The notes under the pieces: model-generated
What the model was told of the DNA's origin: nothing
Databases searched by the model: none
The model's input: only the letters and a program-made list of their open reading frames with translations
Origin: a virus
Strand: one strand, 5' to 3'
IMG/VR virus record: IMGVR_UViG_3300035670_010029
Length of the DNA: 64,000 nucleotides
In this document: in pieces, positions 13,401 through 19,400 of the stretch
Layout of the letters: every line of letters starts with the position of its first letter
Numbering within the stretch: position 1 is the stretch's first letter
Translations under genes and position numbers: made by a program

Positions 13401-16400
13401 AACCAGCACTAGCGGTATCTAGAGTTCGTGTTCTAAGATTATCTGCTGATCTAGAGGCATCAATTAAATTTGACTGTATTGACTGTCTTAGATTGACTTG
13501 TGTCAAGTCTTGATTCAGCTTATCGAATTTTTCTGATATACCATTTAAAGCTTGTTCTATTTTATTTTTGGATAATTCTATATAAAATTGTCTCACTCCG
13601 TTATAAGCATCAAGAGCAACTTGCCCCAAAATAGCAACCACCTGCACTGCCTTAGCGCCTCTCAATAATCTGGATGCAAAGCCTGCAAATCTACTATTTG
13701 TGTTGCGTAGGTTTTGTGTGAAATTATCTAGTTCACCGATAGCTGCTTGGGTATATGAAAAAGCTTGCGAACCTCCTCTAATACCACCAGAGATACCTGC
13801 TTCAATAGCACTAGATTTAGCATTAATAGAATCGGCGATAATATTTCCAACGGTGATGACACCAAAAGATAGGGCTAAACTAGCCTGTCTATCAAAATTT
13901 CTCTGCTCATCTGGACCTCTTTCTCCTCTAGAAGCAGCCGCTTGTTCTATAGCTGTTCTGCGAGCCCTAATTTCTTCGTTTATGGCTCTAACTTGCTCTT
14001 GTGCTTGGTCTTGTGTAATTCTTCCGGCTCTTAATTCGGCATCAATAGTAGCTCTGCGTGTCTGGATATATCTTTGGTCCATTTGCTCTAGTGTTCGCGC
14101 ATCTCTAGTAAGATTTTGTAATACTCGTGCTAGGTCATCTCCGGTAGCATTTAACGTACTAAGATCTATAGAGGTTCCTAATCCACCTCCCGTGGCTATG
14201 TCTTCATATGCAGTACGACTTCGTACTGCGGCTCCTGCTCTTAATTCTGCTTGTACTTCTTCTTCTGTTCTGGGCGATCCGCTAGTTCCTGGAGTAGTAC
14301 GTAAAACATTTTCTTCTGCTTGTCTAAGAGCTTCTATTCTACCTTCTACAGCATCTAATGCGTCTTGAATAGCTTGTCCAGTAATATTTCCTAATCTTTG
14401 TTGTATATCTAATTCTGCTTGTGCTGCTCTATTAGCGTTATTTATGGCTTGTTGTAGGTCATACAATGTTTCCGCACTTGCTCCAGCCGCACGAGCCATG
14501 TTAAAATCAGCTTCTGCAGCTCTTCTAGCTTCGGCAGCAGTGGCCTGATAGCTTCGATTTAATAATCTGGCAGATTCTGATCCACTGACACCTAGTTGTG
14601 TTAATACGTCTGCTAGTTGAGTTAATGCTGTGGTAGCTAAAGTAGTAGCTCCTATAGTGTCTGCATTAATAACTTCTGGTCTAGCTGATGGCCCTCTGGA
14701 TCTACCGCCCAAAAAGAATCTTTCTACTCCAACAGCTCCGCCCCTATTTAAACCCAAAGCTTTTGTCGCTTTTTCTCTTATTACAAAACTACCAACTGGC
14801 AAATTAGCTGGTATACTATCACTGGTACCTGTACCCGGACCCTTAAATACGCTAATACCGCCATCAGCAAATCGCCCCATACCATTACGATCAGCCTGAT
14901 TCATTTTATTTAATTTGCCATAACCAATTCTTTTAGCAAGCTTGGGTGGTACATAAGCTTCACCATTGCTTACTAGAGCCGGAACCGTGCCTCCGTCTGC
15001 TAATCCTATAGCTTGTTCTTTGTAGTATCTATCAAATTCTCCACGGGCTTTTTCAAACGCACTCCCATTAAGTGTTCTTTTAATTTCTGTAGGAATATTA
15101 TCTGGTAAGCCAAAGAATTGGGCAGCTCGTCCCAATCCTCCTGGAAAATCTATAGCCCTATTAGACTCTAAAGTTTCTATAGGAGGAAGATTAGCTCCTA
15201 AAATAGCTAAAGCTTTTTCAATAACGGCACCCTCAATATTTCCTTGTCCCATCAGCTCATCTAATTCTGGTTTGGCTTGCGGCTCAGTATATAAGAAGCC
15301 AGACTTTTTGCTTTTTTGAACAGCTCGTATATTATCTAAGCTATCATCAATTAATTTTTCTGTTTGTGCTAAATTTTGTGCTTTAGCTCTTGGTACTTTA
15401 ACGCCTTCTCCTCCAACACCAGTAATGTCCGAGGCTTGGTAAGGTAATCCAAAGCTTTGTAAAGATTGAGCTAATAAGTCTACAGTACTAGCGGGTCTAG
15501 CGGTAAGTATTCGTGTGTTTTTAATAAACTCTGGATCAGCATCTATTAATGTTTTAAGTTTAGCACCCAAACGTGTAAGTCTACCCCCTTTTAGATATTC
15601 TTCAACAACGGTTCTGTCTGAATATCTGGGAATGTCTGGCTTTCCTTCTTCGTTAAGAATATCGGTACCAGAAACTAAAGTTTCATCAAAATCAAAAACT
15701 AATTTTTCTTTACCTCCAAAAATTTTGGTATATTGTACATTTTCTGCAAAGTTTCTAGCAGCTAGTGCTGTTTCTCTGCTCATTTGTTGTGCGGCTGGTA
15801 GGTATTCTTTGTCAAAACCTTTTATAGTGGCATAGATAGTTTTACTACTTTCTGGCAGGACCCATTCGTTGGTGTCACTGTAACCCATTGGCAATAAGCC
15901 GGCTATTGCTACTTGTGTTAGACTAGCTATTCTTTTAGCTTCAGCCGCATCACTCTTGCCCGATACGAATAATGCTCTATTGACATAGTCTTTAGCTATT
16001 TCTATCCCTTTATTTGCTTTAATATTATTAGCATTTAAAACAGATCGTGTTCGACTATCTCCGGCACCAATACCTAATATGGTTCGAACTCCGGCAGGTC
16101 CACCCAAACCCCTTAGTTGTTCTAGCAATGTTTCTTGAATACTTTGACCTTTGGTTTGAGCCAAAGCAGACACCCTGTCTCTGATTCTTGGTGCCTCTTT
16201 AACAGCTCCTGCTTCCGCAAATTTTTGAATCATACCGCCTAAAGAAAATCTTGGTTTGCCCTTTCGTTTTTTAATATCTTTTGCCCATTCGTACATCGAA
16301 CCAAAACTATCGCCTTCTATGTCCTCAACAGCATCTTCGCTTAGATACTTGTCCATGTATGCTTTAGTCAATACCATACCATCAATAACCGTAGGCTTAC

Positions 16401-19400
16401 CATCTTTGGTATAGCCCATGTTCGAACCACCAGCGTCGATCCAATGTAATCCTCGTTCAGCTAATTTACCCTGCAATAGCTCTGCATCTTTCATGCCTTT
16501 TTCTGTATCAGAGATTCTTACTTTGTCTTGTATTGCGGCTGTTAATTTACCAAAAGTCTTAACTTTTCTATATCCAGAAACATGCTCCATCCCTTCGGGA
16601 AGCTGATAATTACCAATCTCTTTAATTTGTTTTTTACGGAAGCCTACATCCTCAGCTATTTGCTGTATTCCAAATCCCGTGCGAGAAATTTTTAACACTT
16701 CGTTACCTATATCAAAAGACACATTTTCTCCACCGGCTCCCAGTACTTTTGCTGACGAAACACCATATTCATTTTCTATTTGGGAAAGATACTTAGGTAA
16801 TCCTTTAACGGCTAAAATTTCTGGCGTCACTTCTCCAAAAAAAGTTTTATTCGTAGTAGAATATGTCTGTAATGCTGCTAATAATTTAGAGACTGAAGAA
16901 ACCTTGTCTGTGGATTTTTTAGCTTTTCCACCCACTTTATATTCCTGTCTTTTTATACCAGTACTACCCAATAATTCACTAAGCGTACTGTCTAAAACAC
17001 TTTGTAGTTTACTATCAAGAACAGGAGCTTTTTGCACTAAAGTTGTTAAAAACTCTTCTTTTCCATTATCTTCTGTTCTGGTTATATGAGCTTGTTCGAA
17101 ACCAGCCGATAATAATGTTTGATTCACACCGGGATTGATCGGTCTGTATTCTCTGGCTTTTTTAGCATCATCAGAAGCCTTGATATATGAAGCTAGTTCT
17201 TTTTCCATTTCTGGATTGCGCTTTTCTGGATTATCTCTTAGTCTAATGTTTTGTAGCTGAGCACTTTCCAAAAGACTTTGTTTATATTTGCGTCCATACA
17301 CCACGTCTGCACTAGTATATCCTCCGCCATTACCAGAAGATAAAGCATCAAAAGCATCTGCCAAACCATCATTGTCCGTATTGAATAGAAAATCAACTCT
17401 TTCCCTATATTTGGAAAAACTTTCTGCTGAACGAGCCCTTAAACCACTAAACAATTGGTGTGTTAATTCGTGATACAATACGTCTTGTCCTGGTTTATCA
17501 AAAGCTGTACCTAACGATATACTGCCTCGTCCGGTAGCTGACATTGTTTGCTTCTTAGACTCAACTGCGGCTTCTATTGCTCTGCGTTCTTTTCCTTTGA
17601 TATCCGAAATTTTCTTTTGTAAAGTTTTTATTTCATCAAAAACGCTGACAAAAGCTTCTCTGTCGTATGAAAAAGACCCATCATCAAAAGTTTCAATAGG
17701 GGTTTTTAGAATTTTATTTTGTAATTTCTTTTTTTCTTCTACCAACTTCTCATAACCAAATAAGTCTTGTTTATCTTTGTCTGTGTATCCAAAAACGCTT
17801 AGGTCCCAACCTTCAGAGCCACGACTACCTAACGGAGAATCATTAAATAGTCCTCCTCCTATCACTTTTCTACCTATACTACCAGCGTTACCAAAATCTA
17901 TCTGTGCCGGCAATGCAACGCTCAAATCTTCTTGTGGCAAACCTATAAATTTGGCAAAATCGCCTATACTTTTTAATAAAGAATCTCGTTTAACCTTACC
18001 TTTAAAAGAAGCCAAAAACGCCGCACGATCAAAAGGCTCAGTCATTCTGGACCCAACAGCTTGGTCGTCTATAGATATGCGTTCATCTGTAGGGACATTA
18101 CTTGCTAGTTGTTTCCATTCGGCTGCTTGTTGTTCTTTTATTATTTGTTTAGCATACGCATTGGTTATGCGGCGTGGAAATTTTGTTTCTCCTGTGCCGA
18201 AAGATTCCTGTGTTTGTTTAACTCCACCAGGTGATCCTGTCATAAATTTTTGAATGAATCCACCAACAAATTTTTCGTTAACTACCTGTTGTTCTGGATT
18301 CTGTGTTCTTTTCTTTTGCAAGAAGTTGAGGACTTCGTCAAAAGACCCACTATAAATGACCTCAGATGCCCCTTTGTCTCCGTGCTCAAACACATCATAC
18401 CATGTTCGTTTAGCATTAGCGCTGTCATAAAATGATTTGTTTTCAGCCCATGTATATTGTGATTTGCCGCCTTCAGCAAAAGCTTTAATTTGACCACCTT
18501 TGATAAAACCTGGTGTTTTCTGTTGTTGTTGCTTATTAATAAAATCATAAAACTGTTTTTTGGTATCGCCAGCCCAGTAATAGTCCAGGGTTCCTATATT
18601 AACGTCGTCGATTTTAGGCGCAGGAAGGTTTTCTTTAAAATATCTATTAACGCTTTTTTTCTCTATACGATATCTTAATAATTTGCTAATCAAATCAGCA
18701 TCATCTGTTTTTGTAGTTCTAAATTTGACTTCACCTATTCTGCTTATAGCATTGTTCTTAAGTCGTTTAAGTATATCAACAGGATAGTTGGTTTTATCGC
18801 TGGCTTTCTCCCATTGGCCAGACAGTTTTTCTATGAGCAATTGTTCATATGCTAAACCCCAACGACCTTCTGCACTTTGTAAACGACTAATAGAATCTGA
18901 TGTTTGTTGTCCATAAGATTGTTTAATTTGTTTTTGTTCTGATCGATTTTTACCAGATAGCTCTCTCAATATATCTCGGTTCTTTTGACTAATATCTATA
19001 CCGGCATAGCTCTTATAGTGTCCTGAACCTTGTGCTGCTTGATTTTCTGCTGTATTCCATATTTTTAGAAAATCTTGATCCTCTAATTTAACTGTTTTCG
19101 GTTTTATTTTGATAGAGACTTTATCGTCTGCTTCTAAATTGGTTGAACCTATGGCTTTAGCAATAGCTGCTGCGCCTGATCTGTTTAATAGATCGGAGAC
19201 TAATACAGGTCCTCCGTCAGCATATCTGTTCATCCTAACCAAATTTCCCCTACCATACTTATTAACAGCTCGTTTATTGACGACAAATTCTCCAGGAGTC
19301 AACATAGCTGGTACACTGTCTGCGTTACCAGATCCTGGTACTATTCCTCCTCTGGCAAATCCGTATATACGACCTCCGTCTTGTGCTCTTCTAGTTCCTC

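Noticed and set aside
14700-19390. TMP inserts as inteins or homing endonucleases
   Set aside because: I saw no C/S..HN splice junctions, LAGLIDADG or HNH motifs. The boundaries are GG motifs instead.
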